This document shows, one piece after another, positions 11,244 through 22,247 of a stretch of DNA of 64,000 nucleotides. The notes under the pieces were generated by a model. That model made no database searches. It was not told where the DNA came from and was given only the letters and a program-made list of their open reading frames with translations. The stretch comes from Diplonema japonicum. Lineage: Eukaryota > Protista > Euglenozoa: Diplonemea. The stretch is taken from the NCBI GenBank assembly GCA_964019335.1, contig OZ025668.1:310001-374000 (forward strand), given 5' to 3'. A program made the position numbers and the translations under genes. The number at the start of each line of letters is the position of its first letter. Within the stretch, counting starts at the first letter, position 1.

Positions 11244-11404
11244 CACTGCGGTCCCTTATGATGCTTGTTGCTCCGCCTTTCCAACACCATCAATGTGTAC
11301 GGTAATAAAAAACAAAACTTGAATTCTTTTTTTTTTTTTTTTCATTTCGGGTGAAAACCCTACTTTTCTTTCTTTTTTTTTTTTTTCCCTCTTTTTTTTA
11401 TTTC

Positions 11405-13093
11405 TCAGTACTCAAAATAGCTAGGTTTGTCACTTCCCTTCAACAACTCGAACAAAAACCTTTCTTGCTCCATGACTTCTGGGGGCCTGTCTTCGGGAGC
11501 CTGTATTGACAACAATCTTGAGGCCTCATTCTTCACCCCTAAGAGGTACGCACGGGCAGCCTCGTTGAAGCGTTCCCAGTCGTTCTTTTGCATCTGGTAC
11601 ATCCACTCACCTTGTGCGTCTGGGGAACTTGGGGCTTGGTCAAGCACTTCGTAAAGGAAGATGGTAGTTTGGTTCGCAATATGCGACCGCAACCTCACCG
11701 CAGTAAGGAGAAGCCGCATGGGGACCAGATAGTACGTCTCTTTGTAGGTCTCGTAGGCACACGTCAAGCGCAGCCCGTGCACCACATCGTAGTGCACGGC
11801 CACAGAGGCTGCTACGGCAGCAGCACCAATGGTGCTGTGCGAGAGCAACTCCTGGCACCCCAGCGTGCCGCAGTGGGTCAAGCCGGTGGACACCCCAGCA
11901 ACGACATTCTCTATGAACCCCACAACGGCCATCCCTGTCTCGATGCTGCACTTTGCGTGGGACGCGTTCTTTTTGCTTGCATTGAAACTGCAGTGGACCC
12001 TGTCGCCGAGAACGATGCCTACAACGCCGCCATGCCCACGGCACACGTCAAGCACCGTCGAGATGTACATCTCGAACAGAAATGGGAAGTCGTTTGTGGC
12101 GACACGCGCATGAGTGTCGAGCATGTTGGCCACCAGAAAGCTTGCCTTCCGCTTTTCAAGAAACGTTGCAATCAAGCTGCAACAAGCACCGAGGGCTGGT
12201 ACCAAACTGTGTCTGCTGGAGTACGCGGTGTTCTCACTTGGCTCGCGCAACACGTTTGAACTTTGCACGGAAGGCGAACCCCCAGAGGTTCTGTAATTTG
12301 CTTGCTGGAGGCAGAACTGAGGGAGGTAAGGGCGGTAAGTTTGCAAGTTGACGAGGATGGTCGAGAAGGCACCGTGGAGGGGAGGGGGGAAGACCGATCC
12401 CTGAAGTATCAGTTCCGCCTGCACAAGGTCGAACTTTGACAGACACGACGCAATGCCTTCTGCAGCAGTGATGACGGCGTCCATCTTCTTGTGCTCCTCA
12501 TACAACCCAGTAGCGAACAGGCGTGTGAAGTAGAAATCCAACACGAATATTGTGCACCGTGCAAGAAAGCCTTCGGTTTCAGTTAAAACGTTCCGAGAGC
12601 ATGGAAGAGACGAGCAACCGCCCCACACTTTTTGCCGCTCTTCCTGTGTTGTTAGGAAGCTTAGGTCAAACAACCCGAACCTAGTAGTTGTCTCCATCAT
12701 CACAACAGCAAGCCACAAGATCACCATCGCAATGATGTTTCTTGCTACTCTTGTCCGCAGGCGGCAAAACAGAGAAATATCACATAGAAGAACGAATACT
12801 GACCAGACGCGCATCCCTCTGTTCACTAGGTGGTCCAGATCTATGATTACCAGCGACACAGCGATCAGGTACAGGGCCCATTCTACTAGGGCTTTTTTCT
12901 TGCGCAAAAAGATTTCTACAATGCCCATGAAACACCCTATGAACCCAGGGACAGCTTTCGTCATTCTAAATACGCCATTCGACGAGTTGAGAAAGATGTC
13001 GATGAAATGTAGTATCACCAAAACTCCAAAAAACCACCCGAGTGTCTTTCTGTGCACAATCACCGAGCTTTCCTGTTTTCCCGGTTCGATCAT
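11405..13093 (-). CDS. Multi-TM protein with a degenerate class III nucleotide-cyclase-like domain
   Basis: Several N-terminal TM helices, NLQTYRPYLP linker, GGVVGIVLGDRVHCSFNA and GVSTG. The first metal-binding Asp region is degenerate. Confidence 0.75.
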   Translation of the reverse strand: MIEPGKQESSVIVHRKTLGWFFGVLVILHFIDIFLNSSNGVFRMTKAVPGFIGCFMGIVEIFLRKKKALVEWALYLIAVSLVIIDLDHLVNRGMRVWSVFVLLCDISLFCRLRTRVARNIIAMVILWLAVVMMETTTRFGLFDLSFLTTQEERQKVWGGCSSLPCSRNVLTETEGFLARCTIFVLDFYFTRLFATGLYEEHKKMDAVITAAEGIASCLSKFDLVQAELILQGSVFPPPLHGAFSTILVNLQTYRPYLPQFCLQQANYRTSGGSPSVQSSNVLREPSENTAYSSRHSLVPALGACCSLIATFLEKRKASFLVANMLDTHARVATNDFPFLFEMYISTVLDVCRGHGGVVGIVLGDRVHCSFNASKKNASHAKCSIETGMAVVGFIENVVAGVSTGLTHCGTLGCQELLSHSTIGAAAVAASVAVHYDVVHGLRLTCAYETYKETYYLVPMRLLLTAVRLRSHIANQTTIFLYEVLDQAPSSPDAQGEWMYQMQKNDWERFNEAARAYLLGVKNEASRLLSIQAPEDRPPEVMEQERFLFELLKGSDKPSYFEY

Positions 13094-13696
13094 ATTTCTT
13101 TTTTTGTTTTTTGTTTTTGTTTTGTGCGGTAAGTTCCGCCCCTTGAGAGGAATAAAGGAAAAGAAACTTTATATAAAAAAAAAAGAAAATAAAAATCTTC
13201 TTTCTGGAGGAAAAAAAAAAGAAGGGGGGAGGGAGGGTAGGGGGGGTAGAAAGAGAGGGAAGTGGGAGTCATTGCTTTTTTTTTTTTTATATGTTTCTTT
13301 TTTTTTTTTATATAGAAAACTGCCCATTCATTCCCTCCCTCTTCCCTTCCCTCCCGACCCATCACTTCGTGTTTGGCTGTGAGTTTCTATGCGTGTTGTC
13401 ATTTTTACTCATCTTACTCATTTCTTGTGGCACCATGTTGCCTGTCGCGTCCTCCTTTTTTTTAGAAAAAAAATATGTTACAAATATGTTAAAAAAAATG
13501 GAGGAAAAAAAAAAGGAGAGAAAGGGAGAAAAGAAAAGAAAAAAGAAAACGGAATCAAAAAAAATAAACGGAAAAATAAATAAAAAGGCTTGACTCCAGA
13601 AGGGGGACGGGAGGATGTGAAGAGACACTCATAAATCTTTTTTTTTCTTTTTTTTCCCTTTTTTTTTTTTCTTCATTCCCGTCCTCGTTCACGTTC

Positions 13697-14151
13697 TCAC
13701 TTCTCTGGCTCGGGCCACATCCTCTCATAGTCCCAGTAGAGAGGATGCTCACTCTCCAGGCCTGGCGCGTCCTTCAGTGCTGCGGGGTTGGGGTTGCTGG
13801 CCAGAGTCCTTGTAGGTGCCTGTTGCAGGTAGTCATCAGCTGTTTCGTTGTATGAGTAGAAGTGGATCTGTTGAAATGTTTTTTTTTTTCTTTTGTCACT
13901 TCCTTTTTCATACCAATGGCTTGGGCACTTGTTCTAGCAGTGGTGCCATTTCCTCTTTAAGGTGCCATTTGAGATCGTCGATTAGTGCGTCACGAGGCAC
14001 TAGCACAGAGGTTAGATGCGAAGGCAGTTTAGTCGTTCCTTTTTTTTTTTTTTTTTTTTTTCTTTTTGGGCACACCTCTGGGCTTCACCCAAACCCTGAG
14101 CCTGTCACCTCCGCTATCCGCAATAGAGCGTGGGGGAAGCATCGCGACCAT
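13697..14151 (-). CDS. 123-aa protein, ubiquitin-like/Crinkler N-terminal-like; introns 14039-14075 and 13868-13913
   Basis: Exons 14151-14076, 14038-13914 and 13867-13697 total 372 nt and give an open frame MVAMLPP...VWVKPRGTTKLPSHLTSVLVPRDALIDDLKWHLKEEMAPLLEQVPKPLIHFYSY...WPEPEK*. Both introns are GT-AG and A-rich; the ATG follows an A-run. Confidence 0.75.
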
Positions 14152-14281
14152 TTCTTTTTTTTTTTTTTTTTTTTTTTGTTGCAGTAAACGCTTTTTTTTT
14201 TTTTTTTTTATCAATATTTTTTTTTTGTTTGAAAAAAGAATCTTCATAAAAAAACGGGGGGGGGGAAAGGTACAACAAAAG

Positions 14282-14314
<33 letters not shown>

Positions 14315-14344
14315 ACACACTTCCATCTCCCCTTTCCCTTTTCT

Positions 14345-14779
14345 TTAACAAGGGATTATATCCTCAGCAGCTGTGTTTATCCGTCGCTTTGATGAGTCAA
14401 GTCTCTGGTCCCACAGAACGTTGAGCCCCGCGGGAAGGTTAACGTCATCAGAAGGCCCTTGTATGGTTCCTAGGGTGCCGCAGGGTACTACCTTGACTCC
14501 TCTGACAGAGAGGTCAACAGAGGCCACAACACGCTGCCCTACCTCGTATGATAAAGTGTCGGGCTGGGGGAGTGGGGTCCGGGGGGTCCGGGCTTTGCGT
14601 TCAGGAGAGACACTTTCTCGTCTTGCCGCGGAGCGGCCTCTCCTTTGCCGTCCCATCAGTAAAATCTCCTCCGCTTGCCGTGCCAAATCCTTCGATCTTT
14701 CTCTTATCACCTCTGTCTCTCGTGCTCGCCGTTCGCTTTGTTCACACAGCCATATGATCCCTTCTTCGATGCGATTCAT
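14345..14779 (-). CDS. Hypothetical protein (N-terminal coiled coil, C-terminal SH3-like beta domain)
   Basis: 144-aa ORF, ATG after an A-run; YEVGQRVVAS...GTLGTIQG...LNVLWD pattern. Confidence 0.7.
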   Translation of the reverse strand: MNRIEEGIIWLCEQSERRARETEVIRERSKDLARQAEEILLMGRQRRGRSAARRESVSPERKARTPRTPLPQPDTLSYEVGQRVVASVDLSVRGVKVVPCGTLGTIQGPSDDVNLPAGLNVLWDQRLDSSKRRINTAAEDIIPC

Positions 14780-15195
14780 TTCCTCTCGTGGTTTTTTTTT
14801 TTTTTTTTTTTTTTGTGTATTTTTCCTTTTTTTTTTTTTTTTCGCTCCATATTCGCTAAGTGACCCGCCCTATGTCCCAAAGGGGTTATAGGGGGATTTT
14901 GGGGAAAAATTGTCAAAAATGCCCAAAGGTTCATTGAATTTTTTTTTCCAAAAAATCCATATGTCGAACATGAAAGAACGGTGAGTTCCAAGGAAGTTCC
15001 AAAAAAGTTTTTCAAAAAAAAAAAAATATTGGGGGCCAACCAAAATGACCTTGGAAGTCACCATTTTGAGTTTTGGCCATTTTTGCCAAACTTTTGCAAC
15101 TGGGCACTTTTCCCTTTGAAAAACATGGTTAACAGGGTTCGATCCCAGAAGCCAGCATCTTCCTGACCAGTAGTTCAGCCGAAAATATTTTCGAA

Positions 15196-15274
15196 GGCGT
15201 AGTAGTCTAGTTGGGGGGGTTTTGCCCTGTACCTAGGCGAAGCGGGTTCAAGCCCCACTCCAGCGGATTTTTTT
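15196..15274 (+). pseudogene. tRNA-like Pol III cassette (A box, B box, T7 terminator)
   Basis: TAGTCTAGTTGG at 15203-15214, GGTTCAAGCC at 15245-15254, T-run at 15268-15274. The cloverleaf is degenerate. Confidence 0.5.
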
Positions 15275-15470
15275 AGGCTCACCACAGGGGAGAAACGGCA
15301 GCCTGAACCGGTGTTTCCGCAAAAGCTTTTCGTAAGCTTGTGGGAGTCTAGTTGAAGAAAAGTGCAGTTTTGAGGGAAGGACAGCTCTTAACATTGTAAG
15401 ATTGTTAGTTGTTAGTCAGTAAGCATAACAGTCCTGTCCTCTGCACTTCGGCCGTAATCACCAAATACAA

Positions 15471-16200
15471 ATGGGTGGAGATGACGAGAAGGTCAAAGAG
15501 GGTTCCATAGGGGAGTTTATAGTTGAAGAGACAGATGCGCGTCTACGCCGTCCACCACAGGGCAACGTACAGTCCAAATGGCATAGTCATTTGAAAGTGA
15601 CGTTGCCTTTGGGGCAGAAGTTATTTCTGCTTGGAAGGTACTTATGTGGGAATTACACCGATCACCGGTCACGTTTGCGTTGGAAGATCCTTGACCCGCG
15701 TGCCCTGGTTTGATGACCAGCCTGACGACGGAACGGAGACTATGAAACAAGCAGTGACGACGACCGGAGAATACTTCCTACTCCTGAGAGCACACGGGCA
15801 ACTCGAAGGGAAAGACCAAAGCAAGCCCTTCCAGCCAGCAGAGAGCCTCAGACAACGAGGACTCCAGATGGACAGGATCGCGATAGCGAAGAGGGCAAGA
15901 AGTGAGATGTCAGAGCAGACGGAGTGGAAGTGCCATAAGCAGGCAAAAACAAAGGATGGCACCCCAGCCTCATCTTGTACAAGAAGCACAAGGCCGAGGA
16001 AGCAGAGGAGGGCCACCCGAGGCACAACAGAGGACATGGACAACCTCCCCAACGCAGCAGCAACAACAGTAACAGCAGCAACAGCACCAGCAGTAGCAGC
16101 AAAGACAGTAGCGACAACAGAAAGTAAAGAAGAAGACATCAGTATCTCCTCCCCCTTCCTCCTCCTTCTCCCCTTCCTGCTGTTCTACTTCGGGTGGATC
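15471..16200 (+). pseudogene. Decayed plus-strand ORF(s) inside the TIR element
   Basis: Overlapping ORFs 15471-15713 and 15631-16317, interrupted by stops and frame changes, with low-complexity Ala/Thr sequence. No recognisable domain. Confidence 0.3.
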
Positions 16201-16260
16201 AAGCATCTGAAGAAACAACAGATTTTTCTGGTGACCCCTACTCTTCAGTGTACTAGAAAC

Positions 16261-16540
16261 GTACACGACGCACCCCTGGAACAGATAACGGAAGGAAACG
16301 CTATGCACACCACCTGAGTGGTAGGAGCTGAAGAAGCACGTGAGCGGGAGCCTGATGATGAAGCACGGAGAAGACATTATCAAGTAGCTCAGGAAGCTGA
16401 AGTAGTACGACGGACCGAGGAAGACGACAGTCACCACAATGGGACTCGTACTAGACTTCGAGAACAGGGAAAGGGGTAGATAAGTAGAGATAAGTAGACA
16501 AGGACGTTCCAGAACAGGAACCTCCTTTAGCTCATCTCTT
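16261..16540 (+). mobile_element. Decayed retroposon 3' fragment nested in the TIR element
   Basis: Translates ...EDIIK*LRKLK*YDGPRKTTVTTMGLVLDFEN, matching EVLRWMRQLRWYAGSRNTSVSTVELALDFEN of ORF 45948-46997. Ends in gacaaggacgttccagaacaggaacctcctttagctcat, matching the family 3' tail. Confidence 0.75.
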
Positions 16541-16687
16541 ATTCTGTGTTTATTTCATCACAGTGTTGATGGGCTGAGGCACGTCGTGAGTGTGTATCGC
16601 AGAGGATATCTGGTGTGGAAAGAAGGGAACCTACTCCACCCACTAAGCTGGATGCGTGAGTAAAGATGGGGGGTCAGAGTTTTGAAT

Positions 16688-16776
16688 TCCTGTGTGGTAG
16701 AGTGGTTTCCGTGCTCACTTGTCAGGCCCCCTTGTTCCAGGAGTCGCGGGTTCGAATCCCGACGCAGTGGTTTTTT
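16688..16776 (+). pseudogene. tRNA-Asp(GTC)-derived pseudogene / Pol III cassette
   Basis: Starts TCCT; A box TGGTAGAGTGG at 16695-16705; GTC at 16721-16723 in a CTTGTCA loop; T arm GCGGGTTCGAATCCCG; T6 terminator at 16771-16776. The 3' side of the anticodon stem is disrupted by extra sequence. Confidence 0.6.
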
Positions 16777-17435
16777 CATCAGGGTTCGAACCCCACTTGT
16801 GCCGTGTTTTTTCCACTGGAGCTGCTTCATTTTTGTATAGTACAAAGTAAGGCACCAAAAAACTCTTTATTACAAAAAAAAATTCCATAAGTCGAACATT
16901 GGGCCCCGGACGCAAATAAATCCATTCCAACCCTAGAAAAAGCAATTAGAAATTTTTTTAGCTCTTCAAAATGCGGGTTCTGGTGGGTCACTTAGCGAAT
17001 ATGGAGCGTTTTGACAAACTTGAACAAACAAATTTAAAAAAAATAATAAGAAAACCCCTTTAAAATGCAGACAAATAAATGCGCTGGAACATGGGGTGAG
17101 TTTGAGATAAAGGGGAATGGGAGAGAAAGAGAGGTGAGTTGGAAAAGAAACACACACAAAAAAAAAAAAAGAAATCCACAGATGAAATTAGGGGGAGCGC
17201 AAGAAAGAGAGAGGAGAGATAGCCGTTCTTTTCTTTTTTTTTTTTCTCTCTGCCATTTAAAAAAAAAAAAAAAAAAAAAAGGGCCCTCCGCCTTATTATA
17301 CCCTCTGGGAATTCCTGACAATTCCTGAACTGCACCTATGTCTACCCAAGGGTAAGGGTTTTCTGTTGATTCAGGAATGTGGAGTTCTTTCCTTTTTGTT
17401 GAGTGAACCAGCCGGGTCAACTCGACCTTATCATG

Positions 17436-17476
<41 letters not shown>

Positions 17477-17967
17477 GGCATTGGGCTCAATTGATTTTCT
17501 TCTTGGCCCGTAAATCTCCGGTATAATATGGCGGGGCTTAAAGAAAAAATTTAAGAGAGGAAAGAAAATATCACACAGGAAAAAAAAAGGGGGGGTACCA
17601 GGAGGTAGGAGCATTCGCTCAATGAGCAGTGCATTTGGGGGGAAGGGGCAAGAAAGGACTCCTTTTTTTTAAAATACTTTCACTTTTTTTTAATTGTCTT
17701 CCTTCCTACGGGTGGATTTCATTTTTTTTTCCCTTTTCTTTCACGAACACACTCTCTCTCCTTCTCATTTGTTTCTTTCATTACTTTCATTTTTTTTTTA
17801 ATAGGTTGGGAGAACGGGGGAAACAAAAAAAAGATAAAATAAGAAAAAAAAAAAGAAAAAGAAAACGGGCGGGGGAAATAAAAAAAAAACGAGGAAAAAA
17901 AAAAAGAAAACCATACCAGAAGGAAAACGTAACAAAAAAAAAGGGGGGGAGGGGGTCCGGGTTCGAA

Positions 17968-18047
17968 TCACACAGAACTACAAGAAGAAGAACAGGAAGG
18001 CGCGAAAGGAGGCGGTGTTGAGCTGGCAGCTTCAGGGATGGACGGCT

Positions 18048-18082
<35 letters not shown>

Positions 18083-18515
18083 CCCTCACACATACCCGTC
18101 GCTTGCCACCACTCCATCGTGAGTCACGGCCTTCCCGTGGGTTAAACCGGGAAAACCAAATTCGACAATGCCAGCGTGCGAAACACTCCGCAAGCACTGC
18201 ACTGAAATTCGGGTGCGACTCCTTTGACGTGAAGTAGAAAGTCAGCTTATTCATGTCGAACTGGTACTCAGCCTCGGCGATGGTCATCTGCTCCCCACCC
18301 AAACGATTGAGGATTTCCTGACAATCCACCATAGCCTCCTGTTCCATTCCTGGGAGCACGTGGGACCATCGGTCAACCTCTTGTTGCGTGGCGGCCCGTA
18401 CCATGCTAGGGAATGTCTTGCCTTGATCCACTGTTCCCGCGGGACGGGCTTCCAAAACCATGCCAAGGTCTTCTCCTCTGTCGCCCTCCACGATCTATGG
18501 TGGTTTGCTTTTTCC

Positions 18516-18547
<32 letters not shown>

Positions 18548-18718
18548 ACAAACCACATGCGTCCCGTGTGGTGTGTTCTCGCTGCCCGTGAAGGAGGCGA
18601 TCCTGCCCCGTCTAAACTGAACTAAGACGATGAAAGATTCACCTTTTGCGCTTAATTCGCTGCCCCCTTCGTATGATTCGTCCAGTGTGGGCAGTTCTTC
18701 GTTGCTTGTGAGTGACAT
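17968..18718 (-). CDS. PSP1 C-terminal domain protein; introns 18495-18553 and 18046-18095
   Basis: Splicing joins ...LVQFRRGR...GTHV|IVEGDRGEDLG...AEYQFDMNKLTFYF...CRIWF, the PSP1-C signature known from kinetoplastid cycling-sequence binding proteins. Confidence 0.85.
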
Positions 18719-20095
18719 CACCGAAGGGGCCCTCACGTAGTATTGAGACAAGGAGCAGCTTGATCCAGGTGAGATGGGCACAAATCGCGGGAGCTGTGGG
18801 GAAAAATTTTTTTTTTTTATTTTCACAATGATCGGGGGGAAGGGGGCGCGGGGGAGTGTTAACAAGAGAGGGAGAGAGAAGGAAGAGAGAAAAGAAAAAA
18901 AAAAAAAAAAGAGAGAGAAAAGAAAAAGAGTGGACTTTTTTTTTTTTTTTTTTTTTCCCTTCCCCCCTTTTCCTTCTTTCAGTAGTCTCGTTTTCTCATT
19001 CTTCAACTTCTCCCTCTGATGTGGAACACTGTAAGGGGAGGGAGGGGGAAAAAAAAGCTTTTTTATTCAGATAGGTGGGTTGCGTGGTGTGGGTGTGGTG
19101 TGTGTTTTTTTTTTTTTTTTTCTTAATCCCTTCCCTTACAATACCTCTGTGGGCTCGATCTTTTTTTGCTAAGCTTCGCGGGGTGGGGGGGGGGGCAAAA
19201 GAAAACAAAAAATGGGGGAGGGAAATGAAAAGAAATTACAAAAAAAAAAAAAAGCAAAACTGTCTGTTTACACACTAAAGTGCCTCACCTCAGAGTTTTG
19301 GAGAAGAAGATACGACAGAGAAGGGGTGTGTTGGAAAAGAGAGACGAATAAAAGAATTTAAACGGAAAACAAAAAAGTTTTTTTTTTTAAAAAAAAAAAA
19401 GCCACTCCTTTCTTTTCTCTTCTTCTTCCCTTTCCGTTTCCCTTCCTTCCCCCTCCCCACGGGAGATAAAAGGCTGTTGCAAAACCCTTGGCCCGATTTT
19501 GGAGGAACTTCTTCAACGATTTCACTATCTAAAATTTGCAATTAAAAGGCTCATTGGACAAAATTTTGACGTGTGTAAATCCCCTTCCTCTCCCTCTTTC
19601 ACCCCCCCCCCCCCCATCCTTCTTCTCTATCTATTCTTGAAGTAACTACTTTTTCTTTTCGTTTCTTTTGTTTTCTTTTCTTCTTTTTTTTTCTCCCCTG
19701 CTTCCTGATTTTACTCGCAAGAATATAAAAAATTCGATAAATCTTCAGTGTGCAAGGGGATGGGTAGCACTGTTGAATAAAATAAAAATGAAAAACTGCC
19801 ACAGACCCTCATCAAGCACCCCCCCCCCCCACCCTCCAATAACTCAAAAATTGTCTACTCCAGCTACAAGTTTCTTTACGCAAGCCCCCGCAGAAAAAAA
19901 TGGGTGGCCCTTCCAGCACTTTTGTTACTGTTCGAAGTGACAACAAATCTCTTCCATTGTGAATAAAAAATCTCGAAGGTTTTTTTTAGATTTGAAAAAA
20001 AGAAGAAAAAAAAAAAGAGACCACACAGTGCTTCAAAAAAAAAAAAAAACCCCAAAATTTATTCCACAACCCCCCAATTTTTTTTTTTTTTCTTT

Positions 20096-21508
20096 TTAAC
20101 GAACAACCTCTTCCACCCCGCGAGGGGTCGGCGGCTGGACACCTAACTGCTGTTGAGGATGGTATGAAAGAGAAGAAGGGGGCGAAGAAGCTTGCGGGAT
20201 CGGAGATTGTATATCGACAGGTCGGTAAACTAAAACAAGACGCTTCGTTACCCCAGGAGCAGGATCCTGCACATCAAGGCTTTCCTCAGTAACAGGAAGG
20301 CCGGCAATGCCACCATTGTGGACAGATTTTTTAACGACCCGCGTCGCGAGTACCCAACGGTCGCCCTCACCATAAACAGCTCGGACAACCCTTGCAATGG
20401 TATTCGGTTTCACAGCAAGAATCTCACCCGACGCCGCCGACACATGAGCTCTGTTAGGCCGGTTCGGCGGTGAAGCATACCGCGCAAGGTCCTCCGTCTC
20501 CGAAGGCCGCCTAGACAAACTGTCATAAGAAATATCACTAATATCATCAGTGCAACTATCGCAAGGAAGACTATTTGTTGTGGGGTTGTAAGGGTCATGT
20601 CTGTACGAAGCGTTCGACTTCTCTGTTAAGCAGTCCTCCTCCTCGTCCGGTATGACCCCTGCATCAAATGTCGGCATGGATTGGTTCGGTGACGACAGAT
20701 AATGTGGCTTAACATGTGCCCCGTGCGTTGGGACGTACGTGATCTCCAGTTTCTTCGCACCGTTCGGCGACGGGTCAGGGACGTTTAAGTTCATGGCGTT
20801 CACCTGCAGCGTCAAACCACCCTGATTCACCATCGCTGCAACCCCTCCGAGACACGCTACATTATGATATCCATCTCCATAAGTTGCGGAAACCAATGAG
20901 TGGATCCATCCTGGTTTTATGTGGATTACCTCGTTTTCTACTGCAACGATCGTTCTGCGGTGGACTTCTGGTTGCGGTGGAGGGGGCGATGGGGGTTGTT
21001 CTTGTTTGGTTTTCTTCTCCGGTTTGCACACTATTCCGTCGGCTGGTATGTTGTGGACCACACCGCGCGATTCAGCCAATGTTCTCAATCTTTTCAAAAC
21101 TTCCTGTTCTTCGCCCCATGGTACCGTCGCCGCAGTCGACAGTTCTGGGAATTCCAGTCTCGGGCCTTTGCTGTGAACCGACAGTCTGATTGTGAATAAT
21201 GGGTCGCGGGGTTTTCCGTTGACTGCATAGCAGATTCCTCGTGTCCCTGATTCCGCTTTCATGAATTTTAAGACGGTTCGCTTGACAGGATCCGTGAATT
21301 CTACGAGGGGGTCCTCTTCCTTCTTTTCCTCTTCTTCCTGTGCCACGATCTCGTCCCATTCCGTCTCCCACATCGCGACTTGCACAACATCCGCGTCGAT
21401 CTTTGCCCGCTTCGCAAGGGCCTCAAGCACTTCCGCTCTTTTAGTCGAACCTTTGATCTTCTCGAAAGGCAGCCCGGCTTTCTTTAGTAAGTCTTCAAGA
21501 CTATCCAT
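20096..21508 (-). CDS. Hypothetical protein with two SUEL-lectin/DUF3395-like repeats
   Basis: Internal repeats SATYG...VPDPSPNGAKKLEITY and RAVYG...VQDPAPGVTKRLVLVY. Confidence 0.7.
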   Translation of the reverse strand: MDSLEDLLKKAGLPFEKIKGSTKRAEVLEALAKRAKIDADVVQVAMWETEWDEIVAQEEEEKKEEDPLVEFTDPVKRTVLKFMKAESGTRGICYAVNGKPRDPLFTIRLSVHSKGPRLEFPELSTAATVPWGEEQEVLKRLRTLAESRGVVHNIPADGIVCKPEKKTKQEQPPSPPPPQPEVHRRTIVAVENEVIHIKPGWIHSLVSATYGDGYHNVACLGGVAAMVNQGGLTLQVNAMNLNVPDPSPNGAKKLEITYVPTHGAHVKPHYLSSPNQSMPTFDAGVIPDEEEDCLTEKSNASYRHDPYNPTTNSLPCDSCTDDISDISYDSLSRRPSETEDLARYASPPNRPNRAHVSAASGEILAVKPNTIARVVRAVYGEGDRWVLATRVVKKSVHNGGIAGLPVTEESLDVQDPAPGVTKRLVLVYRPVDIQSPIPQASSPPSSLSYHPQQQLGVQPPTPRGVEEVVR

Positions 21509-22148
21509 TTTTTTTTTTTCCTTCTTTTTTTTTCCCCCCTTCTTCTCTCTTTTTTTTTGTTTTGCAGGGTGCGGGAAAAAAAAAAAAAAGAATTAGTTAC
21601 TAGATTTCTTTTTTTAAAAAAAAATTGCTTTTTTTTTCATAACGGGGTTTGGGGGGAACAGGATGTGGACAAATAAAAGAAGGATACATAAGAAAACCTT
21701 GTGGGAAGAGTGGGGGGGGGGGGGGGGGGGAACAGACTAGAATGTTCATAAAGTAAATTTTCTTTTTTTGGGGGGGGCACAAATCGGCTCTTTTTGTGAT
21801 TACTTTTCTTTTTTTTTTTGAATGTGAAAGAGAAATCTCTCGGTGTTGCCTTGCATTGCGAGACGAAAACCCGACCTTTCTTCTTCAGGTGAAGCAGGTA
21901 GTATATACCTTCCGAACGCATCAATTACGTATTTCTTTTTTTTTTTTTTTTTTTTGTGAAGATGATTTTTGTACCCAGTTACAAAAAAGAAAACCGACTC
22001 TTTTTTTTTCTCAAAGGGTGTTATTGCTCCGAGCCACTTAAAAAAAAAAGGGGGGTGTTCTTTTTTTAAATACTTCTCTACTCTTGCAGGAAAAAAGAAA
22101 AGGATAACTACTGCGAATGCCAGTGTTAGTGGCACCCTGCAAAAGCAT

Positions 22149-22247
22149 TTCTGCTTTCTGCGTTGTGTCCTTAAAGCGTGCGGTGTACACTCAGTCCCAA
22201 CCGGGTAAACTGCAATTCTGCGCTCGTGTAGTTTGCTGTCTGCTCGC
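22149..22247 (-). repeat. Diverged partial copy of the SINE-like repeat
   Basis: gtgtccttaaagcgtgcggtgtac...attctgcgctcgtgtagtttgctg matches the core at 25480-25590. Confidence 0.75.

Larger units (their letters stand above)
14843..17008. mobile_element. 2166-bp non-autonomous TIR element
   Basis: Perfect 24-bp inverted repeats cgctccatattcgctaagtgaccc (14843-14866) and gggtcacttagcgaatatggagcg (16985-17008). TTTT on both flanks is a possible TSD. Subterminal direct repeat aaaaatccatatgtcgaacat / aaaaattccataagtcgaacat. No transposase recognised. Confidence 0.8.

Noticed and set aside
16385-16405. Two TAG codons at conserved Trp positions of the retroposon motif, suggesting stop-codon reassignment
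   Set aside because: Host genes here use TAG as a normal stop (e.g. 26837, 28230) and TGG for Trp. The copy is otherwise decayed, so TGG>TAG mutation is simpler.
17281-17438. Short ORF start MHDKVELTRL... after a long A-run
   Set aside because: It runs into poly(T) after ~53 codons with no convincing splice or homology. It may be a relic but cannot be supported.
17996-18022. aacaccgcctccttt resembling the retroposon tail
   Set aside because: It lies in frame within the last exon of the PSP1-C gene; a short match, likely chance.
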